A stretch of DNA of 64,000 nt, taken from positions 10,572,485 through 10,636,484 of the forward strand of contig NC_134027.1 in assembly GCF_964204645.1 (NCBI RefSeq), given 5' to 3'. This DNA comes from Tubulanus polymorphus (lineage: Eukaryota; Animalia; Nemertea). Positions 13,023 through 23,886 of the stretch are shown here, piece by piece (position 1 is the stretch's first letter; every line of letters begins with the position of its first letter). The position numbers were made by a program, and so were the translations under genes. A model generated the notes under the pieces. The model was given only the letters and a program-made list of their open reading frames with translations, was not told the DNA's origin and made no database searches.

Positions 13023-13036
13023 ACTTTCGACTAGAA
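12378..13036 (-). CDS. TOP1: TOP1 exon with nuclear-form ATG (13022); Ser/Lys/His-rich low-complexity N-terminus
   Basis: Acceptor ttcttatcag|[20 protein letters not shown]...SEDDLPL, donor CTG|GTAATT, phase 0. Confidence 0.9.
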
Positions 13037-13069
13037 CTGATAAGAAAAAGAAATACGCGTTTAGTTTAA

Positions 13070-13436
13070 CAGGGTCCTTACTACAGATCAGTCACATCTG
13101 GATATAAGGATTTTCAAGGGGTTTTTAGGGAAAAAATTTCAAATTTCTTCACTTTCAAATCCCAAAATTTAGGCCCACTGTTGATTCCTCCTAAATTGGT
13201 AACCGTTAACTTCCTCCTAAATCGGTACTCTTAATCTCGGTAAACCATAAATTTTGTAAGGCAATTATAACATTACCTTTTACAACTACAAACTATCTAC
13301 AAAAATTTCTAATTGCCCATTTCTCAAAATTGAAGGAGTTTTTAAGGATTTTTTTGGCAAGGAGTTTGAAGCACCTTAACAAGTATTTTCCATGTAAAAG
13401 GAGTTTGTAAGGAATCAAGGAGTCATAGGAACCCTG
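13070..13436. mobile_element. CAGGGT-ended MITE in TOP1 5' intron
   Basis: CAGGGTCCTTA ... TAGGAACCCTG with subterminal AAGGA repeats; related fragment near 22141. Confidence 0.6.
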
Positions 13437-14329
13437 TTAAAATTTGACGTTAATTTTCCATAAGCAAGAATTCCAGGGGTAAGGTTGCATAATAAAGCTT
13501 TGATTTAGGCCTATAAGACCAATTCCAAGACTATTTTAACTAACCTATCATATAATCAGTCCTCAAATTTAAGACCACTTTCGGACATAGTTAAAGCAAG
13601 TGTAAATTAGGGAAAGGGGATGATTGTATAAAATGATAGTGACAAATTTGGAAGAATCTAGCTGTCATGCTTTATGATGGATTAGGCCCTAATCATTATT
13701 CCAAACCTGGATGGAGAAATGAAGAAATAAATTCTTAATCATTCTTTTAATCATTTTTATCAAAAATCTTATGATTTCCTAAAGAAAAATGAATGCGACC
13801 ACTTTTTATTATCGTAATCTAGACAACAAAACAAATATTTTTCTATGGCGTCACTAATTCCAAAAATTGTTGTCATGTGTCAATTTTAACAGTTTCACGA
13901 TGAACAAAATATAAAAATTTTAAATTTTCTTTGATCAAAAGTTAGGCAATTAATTTTGAAAAGAATGCACAGACCTCCTCGCTGATAAACAAACATGCCA
14001 AATACAAATTTTTGGGAGGGATATGAAAATAATGTATTTAGCCCGCACAAAACAAATGGGCATCATAAAAACATATTTTTGCGCTCAATTTTACAGAAAG
14101 TGCATTTCAAAAGGCCGATCGATGAATTGTTTTTGAATGTAAAATTGAAAAAAATTTAAAAATCAGAGTGAAAATAAACTTTTAAATTATCCTCAGTTCA
14201 TGCATCTGAATGAAATTTTAGAAGGACAAAGGATTTAGATAGAGCTTGAATTGAAGGCTACGCGAGATTTATGCATTATTATCCATTAAACCGAGAGATT
14301 ATAATTATTCATAGTGAAACAGCTGATTT

Positions 14330-14930
14330 GACCCGACGACTATAAACCCGCGCGCCATCATCGCCATGTCTGCCGTGCTGGCGACTTAGTTTTTTCGCGG
14401 CCAGCAGCTAACACCAATTTCCATCCACCAACCCTTCGAAGCCGAATCGAATTCATTTTTCACCCTTTAAACGTTATACCTCGTCCCGGCCCTCGATTCA
14501 TCGACGAAAACGACCATTTCACGAGCTAAGATTCCCTCCTCCCAGACAAAAATGCTCGCGTTGCGTCGACTTAGAAATTTTCAGCCATTTTCCGTCGCCA
14601 TTACATTTTACAAGCGAAATTTTACACGAAAAGAAGTCGCTATTAATCAGTTATCGGTATACGAATCGTAGCGAAACCTTCGTTAAATGCAGAATGCACA
14701 TTATCGGACTCACCTGTAGAAAATAATCGCGATTGGATAACGTGGAAGCGTGGAAAAATGATTAGAACGGTGACTGCTGGTCGGTAATTTCCACGCGAGG
14801 AGTTTCGCCGAAAAAGACAAAGTGCGGAATTGGCGACGATACGCATGCGTCAGATTCCCGGATGTAAACATAACCACGTGCGCGACTGGGGTCCGCGCCA
14901 CGTATTTACTAGAGCGTTGTAAGTCTTTTT
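14330..14930. promoter_or_regulatory. CpG-rich bidirectional promoter region shared by TOP1 (-) and the RhoGEF gene (+)
   Basis: Local CpG/GC enrichment. Outward-facing splice donors (minus strand at 14713 and 14479; plus strand GTAAGT at 14919). NRF1-like palindrome ACGCATGCGT (14841-14850), ETS-like CCGGATGT, E-box CACGTG, YY1-like AAAATGGC/ATGGCG on the minus strand near 14585-14602. Confidence 0.6.
14714..14846 (-). CDS. TOP1: Candidate upstream TOP1 coding exon encoding a mitochondrial-presequence-like leader
   Basis: ATG at 14846, 44 codons + 1 nt (MRIVANSALCLFRRNSSRGNYRPAVTVLIIFPRFHVIQSRLFST), consensus donor CAG|GTGAGT, phase 1; joins acceptor 13036 in frame (V-L-V-E-S-M). Confidence 0.6.
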
Positions 14931-16442
14931 TCGTCTATAAATAAACGTACATTCCTTTTTTAAAGCGGTCGAAAATCTAAATGGCACTGTTAAGCTGCGT
15001 TTAAATGTAATTTTCGGCGATGACACTGTCCGTAAGAAGACGTAGCCTAAGTCAATGCAAAATGTTTGAATGATTTTTGTCGTGTATAGTCTGGGTGGAA
15101 ATCTTTAATCATTGCTAACATCGTTTTAGAGTTGTAGGAATTTTTTGACACTCATATTTTAGATTGCTGTTTGCGGGAACCTAAAATTACTACTAATCCC
15201 GATATTATTAGTGATGCCCGACTACTCCTCGGACTTGGTATTAATCAGAATATTCTCTTTCAATAATTTCAATCGTTGTGGACTTGGTCTGGAGGTGCTG
15301 ACACCTTTTATTCAATTGCTGAATTACCGTACGCTTGTGAGAGTGTGTCCCTGCAACATGAGTTCGACTATAATGAAATTAAAACATGATATAAATGTAT
15401 TAAGTTAGAATATGAAATGAAGAATAGATTGATACTGTATGATAAATTACATCGATTGGTTGATAAAGTAACAACATGGCCCATTTAGGCGTAGCAATGG
15501 ATCGGTGTTTTGTACTTAAGTATTAAATAGGCATCATATGGCAATCTACTCCTCAGCTAACATTTTGCTGTATGCATGAGAAAGCTCGGGCCTCCCTAGA
15601 ATATTCTGATTAATTTGATTAATCAAAAGGTGCAATCTAGACCATTTCTGAATGCTTTTGAGAAATCAAGTTTTTCTAGATTATGTTTTTTTTAATGATT
15701 TATATATTATATAATACAATATTAAGAATCAAGATACATGTGGAATTCCCCATTTAGCGGAAAATTTGCTCTTTTTTCAGCCAGGCAAGCAAAATGCGAG
15801 TGAATCTCATACTATTGGAGTTCTTACTAATAATGTCACGTACATCTGTCCTACACAGATATTAATGACACGATTCCGCGAAGAAGGAACTGTATGACGA
15901 CATGTATCTCCATATCTATCTGTAATAGTAACCTCGATTTGCATTTTATGTCAGTTCCAGGTTGACACTCGGAATACGCTCATGGGTTTCTTTAACTAGC
16001 GGCCTAACGGACATAACGGAGATTTTTTTGTGAGTAGATGATAAAACTTTTTCCAATTATTTATGAACTCCTTTCATAAGGCAAACCTTACTGGCCAGAT
16101 TTTTTGATAAGGGTCAATTCAATGGAAATTACTGTTTTTATTAAATTGTCCAAAATATGTTGATTAAAGTGATACACAAGAATATATCTAGAGTAAAGAA
16201 TACTTATTGCTAGATTATTTAACAAATACCCTTAATTAGAATTTGCTGCTTTGATATGTTCATTGTTACGCTTGATAAAGGCAAAAAATCAATTTGTGGT
16301 TGTTGATGCTATCTTGAACTGAAACATTCCTTTAAAAACAGCTGATAGAAGTATACCTGGATAGCAGAATTTGCCTATCTAGAATCAACAAGACTTTTTA
16401 TTTAAACCAAATGTTTGTCGCGATAAGGCAACATTATAGCTA

Positions 16443-16918
16443 CAGTAAAACTTGCGCAAGTCGGGTCTTTTGGGACCAAGAAAAATCCCCCAACTTAGAA
16501 GAAAAAGTTCATCTTTGAATTTAAGTCAGATTTCCAGCCTTTTTTGGAAAAATGTAACTTGAGAATTAATTTCTGTGAAGGGAAAAATTAAATCAACATG
16601 ATTTAAAAACCAATACTGAAATATTTTGGGTTTATTTTATGATTCTAATACACTTAACTGAAATATGGACTGGGGTCGCAACAGGGAATATATCAAACTG
16701 TAATGGGAAGGAAATAGCCTTCCGACTTTCGGTTAGCAATTTAAACTTAGATTTTTTTGGGACCAAGAAAAGTACTGCAAGATAGGCGAGTTGCCGACTT
16801 ATAAAATCTGACTTTGAAATATGAATTTCTTTGAAAAAGAGAAGGAAGCGCCATCAATATTCATCCGATTTAAGTGATTATCTGACTTTCGCCGATCCAA
16901 CTTACGCAAGGTTTACTC
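16443..16918. mobile_element. pogo/Tc1-like MITE
   Basis: TA|CAGTAAAACTTGCGCAAGTCGG ... CCAACTTACGCAAGGTTTACTC|TA. Confidence 0.75.
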
Positions 16919-17583
16919 TACTTTATTTAGAAAAAATATTACAATGGATTTGCGAATAAAACAATTTCAATGTTTCCCTGACAAAGGCACGATCATTTTG
17001 GACCTGTAAATTTGTCTACCCATTAAAACACAGTTTCTAATATGTTTATATGCGGTATATCATGTCTTTATTTTGAATCAGTAAGATTTAATTACCCAAT
17101 TCGTGTCACCTGTGTACGCATAAATTTCAGGTAAATTCGTAGCTTGCGGTGAGCATATAAAGCAGTGGCCTATTTTTTAACAATCGCTCCTAGATAAATG
17201 GAATTTTTTCTATGTCTCTAGAAAAATCACTGTTTACTCTTTTAAATCGGCTTATATAGTTTGTTTACCTTGTCGTTGTTGGAAAGAATGTTTGCTTTGG
17301 TTTTGGTTGCAATAAAAAGAAAAAAACAAAGGCCTCATTGCCTATTATTTACCTATTTTTATGATGTCCCTTAATTAGTATCTTTATATTTCTCTCGGTA
17401 GAGAGGGCAGGTTTACGTATATACAATTCTTCTTAAATCATTTCGATTTTCCTTGATTTAGGAGGTTATCATTCCTTCTAATGCGTTGAAATAATTCGAT
17501 ATTCCTCGAGAAGAAGGTGTTTTTTAATGCGTGAATGTTTTCATTGATAGCAATTCCATTGATGCGATGACGATGTTGTAAAG

Positions 17584-17676
17584 ATGCAGCAGTGTTCGCC
17601 CTTTTCAATGAACAGTCTGCGACAGAGTTTCAAAAGCATCGGTCACCGTGGTATAACTTCGACCAAAACGAAAGAG
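17584..17676 (+). CDS. Candidate RhoGEF first coding exon A
   Basis: MQQCSPFSMNSLRQSFKSIGHRGITSTKTKE, donor GAG|GTATGA, phase 0 (fits acceptor 28274); upstream acceptor ttgatttag at 17461. Confidence 0.45.
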
Positions 17677-17879
17677 GTATGAAAGCTTTATTTAAAACTA
17701 TACTATATACTAATCCCAGGTGTAGACTTAGTCAATGTGTGTGAAGTATTCTATAAAAGGCAAACCATAGCATGGCTCTACTCTGAATATATTTTGAAAT
17801 TTTAGCCACTTCCTAACTCTTCTGGGCCAATGAGGAATCATGACATACTTTGCGCTGATCTGTCAAGGTCTTGAATGAT

Positions 17880-17942
17880 AGAGGACTCGAATGTATACAT
17901 TCAGCAAATGTACTTCGTATAGATTTGAAACCTAGCAACTTA
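17880..17942 (+). pseudogene. Decayed MAP kinase (ERK-type) catalytic-loop fragment
   Basis: RGLECIHSANVLRIDLKPSNL versus ERK [21 protein letters not shown] (17/21 identical); HRD destroyed; no flanking kinase sequence. Confidence 0.8.
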
Positions 17943-18263
17943 TGGGCACAGCAGCTTGCCAGTTTCAGCCAGATGGAATACTGTTTATTCGAACTGGAAC
18001 CAAAAATTCCAGTTGTGTACTTTTTAAAACCAAGAATTGTGTTAATTCGAAGTTCTATATTTTGATCTCAGATTTCACGATCTAGGTCCCCTGTTTCGTA
18101 TTCCTGATGCAGCTCAGGTGTGTCGGGTTAATACTGGAGGTAACTATTAGACTACAGTCGAAACGTCAAATAAACTTCTAGCTCGAGGAAACATTTTTGG
18201 ACTTTATAATATTTTTTTTTCAATTGTGTATTTATTATCATATATAACATGGATATAGTATTA

Positions 18264-18740
18264 GGTAGCGTCCAGAAATTACGTACCTCAAAATCTCCCG
18301 TTTTTCTGATCCTCCCTCCCCCCTTGTACCACCTTTGTACCAAATTCACTGACCCCCTCATAGGTACGTACCATGTTACCCATGACCACCCCCACCTCAA
18401 TTATATTGATGCAAAGAACACTAATCAAAACAAAATATAAAAAATGTAAATACCTGATATTAACAAGTGCGTGAAAGATCGGTACATGCCTGGTATGGGG
18501 AATTCCCAGTTGAAGTATACGACAAGTCACTTGCACAAGTCACTAAAAGCCGATAAAACACCAGTATCGGCCATTTTCATTTGAGTTTGGGTGCATAAAG
18601 TACGTACCAAGATAGATTAATACCCCCTCCCTCAAAGTACGTACCTTTTTTGCTGACCCCCCTCCTCCATGTACCACTTAGTACCAAAATTCAGTAACCC
18701 CCCTCCCCCAATCAGAGGTACGTAACTTTTGGACGCTCCC
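18264..18740. mobile_element. Harbinger-like MITE with TTA TSD
   Basis: TTA|GGTAGCGTCCAGAAATTACGTACCTC ... GAGGTACGTAACTTTTGGACGCTCCC|TTA; internal GTACGTACC and C-run repeats. Confidence 0.85.
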
Positions 18741-19499
18741 TTATATCAATTGTTATTTGCGACTCAATTTTGATTGCACAATCAATTCGACTTCAAATGA
18801 CATTTAACAGTTTTTCACTATATTGCCATAAGTATATGGTGTTTGGTCTGGTGTATTTTCCACCAAGTGTTGATGGAGCGATGGATCCGTGTGCAGATAT
18901 TAGCTCATTTATTTACCTGGAAACGTTTCCCATAAAACAACCGCTCTCGGGAGGCCCATTAGTAGCATCATGTATCACGCGAGGGCCTATCTGCTTTGCA
19001 GCCAGCACGGTATTTAAAAATATCTGACTTCCAGTTGTCGCGCAGAGCGTTCGAGAGGATATTCGAGAGAAAAAAAACAATTCGATTTCTTCAAGTCCGG
19101 GTTGGTTCTTTTAGTAGAAATACCAGTGGGTAATAAGAACACAGGAAAATTTGAGTACGGGTACCTGTATTGTCAGCGAATTCATTTTCTCCCTGGAGAT
19201 TTCCGTTTGCATTTGGCTGCGCCGAACTAGTTGATAGTTCTGTGGCATAGCTCCGTCATTAATTAGGTCCAACGAGACACACTCACTCAAGGCTAATAGA
19301 TCTTACTGATGTTGAGTAGATGTTGCAGTATGCAAATATTCGGGTGGCCTTTGTTTGATCGATTTGTGTGTGATAAGTATTTGGCATTACTTGGTATTGT
19401 AGAATGCATTATCAGTTTATGAGTGCAGTGATGTTGTTCCTCAAATTGTCTTCTGTTGTATTATGGAGACACAGTTATCTATTAGAATATTCATAGTAG

Positions 19500-19582
19500 G
19501 AACGTCGTCCCTCAGGATTCGAACCTAGCCACATAAGACTCAATAGAACATACCCTGGCCCTAATTGACTGGATACGCAGCT
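19500..19582 (-). mobile_element. Possible tRNA-derived SINE head
   Basis: B-box GGTTCGAATCC on the minus strand at the end of a tRNA-sized segment; no intact cloverleaf. Confidence 0.35.
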
Positions 19583-20975
19583 TGTTTTTGTGGTAATCTA
19601 GCCCAAATATTTATGCACCCGATTTACAAGGCCAGGGATTGCGGGAATATGTACATCGTAAATAGCGGTAATGTAGGCCCACGCAGATATTACATTGAGC
19701 CATGCTGTTAGCTCTTGCGACTGACAACTATCGGATAGGCCCCATCTCATTGACGCTATCTAACTGCGAAGACAAATATTCAATAAATGGATGCTATTTA
19801 TCATCCTTTATTGGCCGCGTGCAGAAATTTCAGCTATTTGTCTGTAGTGGAGTAATGACCTCTACGTTTTGTTTCGTCAGACAAGAGTCTGCGATTTTAG
19901 ACGTTGTGCATTCGTGCGATGATCAGCTATGTAGAATAATTTATGGAGATTTGAAAAAAAATTTGTTATTTCTGTATGTCATCGATTTACAAGTTTGTGA
20001 CAGGATAAAGTGCTTCTACGAAGAATATGAAAAGTTTCCAGTGAGAAATGAAGAATGTTATTTCTAGTTTAGTTACCTGCCCAATAATACACACAGTATA
20101 TTTCAACTCTTGGTCAATTTCCAAGATCCGCATTTAAGCATATTGCATTAAGATATGCTATGTTTACTTCTATACTTGTATGCATATTATATCTACATGT
20201 TTAGTTCGACGGAAATTTAACGTAAGCCTAAATGTTTTCATTCGCTTTCATAGTTTATGATATTAGCGATGTTGCCAAAAATTTTGATTATTACTCCTCG
20301 AGCGTTCTTAACAATGTTGTGAGTGTATTGACACGGCTCTCTCTTGATGAAATACCGGTATTCCCTCGCGCTGGGGGTAGATAGACATATATATGTACTC
20401 GAGCTTGTTCATCAGATTGTCTTCTTCGGCGACGACGGCGACAGCGTGTGGCTGAGTGAATTGCTGCATTCGGCATGTACCGGTGATGCTGGTAATAATT
20501 CAGCGTGCTGGGTGCATTCTCCGTCAACACCAGCGCAGCGACATAGCTGCAACGAGATCGTCGGCACCTTCGACGCATGAACTCATTACGATGTCGCGAA
20601 AACGAACGGTTCTTACCGGTTGATGAGATTGTGTTTATTTGTGCGTCGATGGGTTAAATCGAGCTCGCGTTGGACAATATTTTGCTATTCCGCGGTGTTT
20701 TTTCGGGATTTTCAATTCATAATTATTCGCGTAGTGTAGGTGTGTGCGCGCGTATCGGATTATTCTATACCATCTGGCTGATATTCGGGCGAGCGCGTTT
20801 GTCATAATACGCGATCGCGACGTCTGCGCGACTTCTGAGAAATTATGATACCCGACAAAATTTATCATCACGTTGATGTGATTTAAACTTTATCTTAGAT
20901 ACTATGTTCGAAGCGCTTTTCTCGGCTCCAAATTACTGAAAACCGTTGTTAGTTTTCGTATTTTGAATCCGTGCG

Positions 20976-21113
20976 ATGGGTAAAATTCAGTCAAGACATA
21001 AAGTGGCCGCCGAGGCTATCGATATTCTCGCTAGTCGATGTACAAGTCTGGAGCATATTCGCTCGGATTCGTTCGAATTTTTGGACGTAGATGTTGCCAC
21101 TCCTTCTTATGAT
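20976..21113 (+). CDS. Candidate RhoGEF first coding exon B (N-myristoylation motif MGKIQS)
   Basis: 46 codons MGKIQSRHKVAAEAIDILASRCTSLEHIRSDSFEFLDVDVATPSYD, donor GAT|GTAAGT, phase 0; preceded by CpG-rich 20.3-20.9 kb. Confidence 0.6.
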
Positions 21114-23340
21114 GTAAGTAGTAGGTGCTAGTCCACCATTATTATCTGCTGTATTATGTGCACTGTCACCTGTCGCTCTTTCACCTTTCACCTGATGGAG
21201 TAATTGATCAGGGAAAATTCAAATTCTATCTTGATTAACCAGTTACTGTAATTATCATCTAATAGGGTGTCTCGACATTGTCATTAGAAAAATTCTCAGA
21301 TATGGAAACCATGTTTCTGTGAATGCATCTTTCTATTATACTTCGAGTTATTCTTGGAGGAATTATGACGTTTTAATTGTTGCCGCATATGGATTTTAGA
21401 CGCTATTATGATCAATAAAAATATGCGCGCTTATTTTGCTGAATCACCACACCGATTGCTCGAACCTGTAAACTGGCTCCCCTGTGTGGCAGACGTCGCC
21501 GGTTACTAGTCTCTGAAGGATTGTTGTATGGATTTTGCTGTTGTCTTGAAGAAAAAGAAGCGAAAGACCTTAGATGTGAAATCTAATAATTCAATATGTA
21601 CCGTGCTGTAGTTGCAACCAATGATTCCTCTGAGGGCAAATCTTTTCCACGGTTCGTGTATCCCTTTTAGGGTTATTATGTTTTACTGGCCAGGATTTGT
21701 GAAATATTTCGCAGTATTGACAGTTTCTTATGCTAGCCGAGTAATCTAACCTAGAAACAACTGTCTTGATAGTTATTCCGATATGCTCGTATAGACATGC
21801 ATATAGCTTTTAAGGTATATATGTACTGATGGTCGACTGAATCATGTATTGATGTGATGTGATTATGCCGTGTGTTCAAGTGGTAGGCTATACGACAAGT
21901 CGTTGCCGCGCGGGTTCATAAACCCTTAAATTACTAATCCACTCCGCTACAGGGGAGGGAATTACAGTGCACACAATCTCTACCTTTATTGATCGCTATA
22001 CCGGCTCAGAATCTTCTAAGAAACTCGTGACATATATGTATCGACTTGGCAATGGAGAAGTTGAGTCGGTGCAACTGAGAACCTGGCATGCCAGCTGCTG
22101 TGTCGCTAGATGGAGGCTGCCAAAATGTCGGGCATAAATGCAGGGTTCATAGCAGTCCTCAGAAGTCCTTGAAAATCCTTGGATGGGTCAATTCAAGGCA
22201 TTGAATATCATGGATGGGCTCGAAAATCCTTTAATCATCCTCATGGTCCTTGAATGGCGTCATCGCCTCACAATGACATCTATGCTGTGCAGTACATCAG
22301 ATCCTGGTATTGTTAGGTTGAGTCTGTAGAGACAAACTACTATATGCAGTGGAAATGCATTTCCAGTTTAACATTTAGATGAAATGCTGGGTCTATGATG
22401 AAATTCAGTCTTCATATCACGGATCGGACTTTATTGGACAAACTAAAGCTGAAGATATGCTCAATTCTTAGTTTGACTGTTCAAGACTTTTTCAATTATC
22501 TATGGATGGACCAAGTGAAAATTGGATAACGTTCATATCTATGGATACAATAAGAAATATGATCAATTTGACTGACATCTATAAAGAGCAGATATCTGAA
22601 ACAACAACATATTCTATCATTCAAAATAAGTTCATATTCAATAAGCTTATAATAATATTCAAATGGGGTGTGATCAGAAGACAGTTCACAATGGCAGTAT
22701 AGATTTTCTATGCTGTTTTCTTTTAAACTCTACCCTAACCTGAACCCTTTAGACAAGGCCATAAGCGTTGAAATTTTGTGATTACAAACAGTTGAAAAGT
22801 GTCTATCAGAATAGACGGTGGTGCGGACTATTTAGGACGGAGCTTCTGTCAAAATCGGCTTTTCGTTTTTCTATTTCCAACTGCTATGTATCCATTGGGC
22901 TCCGCATACCTTCATGACGTCGTTGAAAGGTGACCCTGTAATGAACCGCTGCTTATTGCCGGTGGTGACTAAGATTTATCGGAACGAATGAGGAGTCTCG
23001 ATTTCTTTTTGCAATATCCAATGTACTGTAATGATGCTTTACTAAATCGCTTGTAACTGGAGCTGTGTATTTTCCAGCTCGCGAAGATCTGTACCCTTTT
23101 TCAATTGAGTATTTCATTTTCTTCGTGAAATGCATAGTCTTTATATATTTAGAAGGAATAGCGCGCGTCATGTCTGAAATTTCGAGGCGAATCGATAATT
23201 GAATCTCGGCGTACAGTAGAAAACAAGGCGAAGACGTTCGGCGATACATCAAAAGAAACCGTTCCTTACGCTCAACAAATGAAATGATTTATCCAGCTAC
23301 CCACTCGTAATCTAAGAATAGCTGCGTCGAGTAATGAAAA

Positions 23341-23418
23341 AATATCCTGGTCTTACTCCGGTATCTAATATCCCGGTCTTACTCCGGTATCTGATATCCC
23401 GTTCTTACTCCGGTATCT
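23341..23418 (+). repeat. Tandem repeat, 3 x 26 bp
   Basis: AATATCCCGGTCTTACTCCGGTATCT repeated three times with few mismatches. Confidence 0.9.
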
Positions 23419-23426
23419 AAAGCTAA

Positions 23427-23886
23427 GCATACACCGACAAAGCGACTGGAGACAACTAGTTGCTAGTGAGCGAGTACCCCCGCCGTACATCGAAAATCAA
23501 ATGAAGACCTGCAACTGCGTGCTCATGCCGGTCACTAGGTCCATAGCGTAGCGCACACATCGACAGCAACTCAGATGTGTAATCTAGCAAATATTCTCAG
23601 GGCATCTCGAAACACGTGACAAATTGCTTTGTTTTAGTCAGTTGCAACCATGTGTTTTTGATTATGGAGCGCCCACATCGATGGATATGACTGCAACTGA
23701 GTACAACTAGTTGCTCAAAAGTAGAACATGGGCAACTGGCTGGAACTGGAGATAGATGGACGCTAACCAGTCGTAAGCTAGCTCACATCGACACGTTTGA
23801 GCAACTGATTGTATCATGCCAATTGCTGTCATGTGCCGAAAACTGCCCGGCAACTAGTTGTCTCTAATCGCAGTGTCGATGTAGGC
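23427..23886. mobile_element. MITE with about 37-bp TIRs (Harbinger-like)
   Basis: GCATACACCGACAAAGCGACTGGAGACAACTAGTTGC / GCAACTAGTTGTCTCTAATCGCAGTGTCGATGTAGGC; internal CACATCGAC and CAACTAGTTG repeats; TAA/TAG flanks. Confidence 0.75.

Noticed and set aside
14710-14901. 63-aa minus-strand ORF over the TOP1 upstream exon
   Set aside because: Ends in phase 2 at the donor, out of frame with the next exon; at most a uORF.
19500-19582. Possible tRNA gene
   Set aside because: B-box present but no convincing acceptor or anticodon stems; kept only as a possible SINE head.
20291-20871. CpG-rich short ORFs on both strands
   Set aside because: No recognisable protein or splice context; more likely promoter/5' UTR of the 20976 exon.
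23341-23418. Regular 26-bp repeats resembling a CRISPR array
   Set aside because: No spacers, eukaryotic context, no cas genes; simple tandem repeat.
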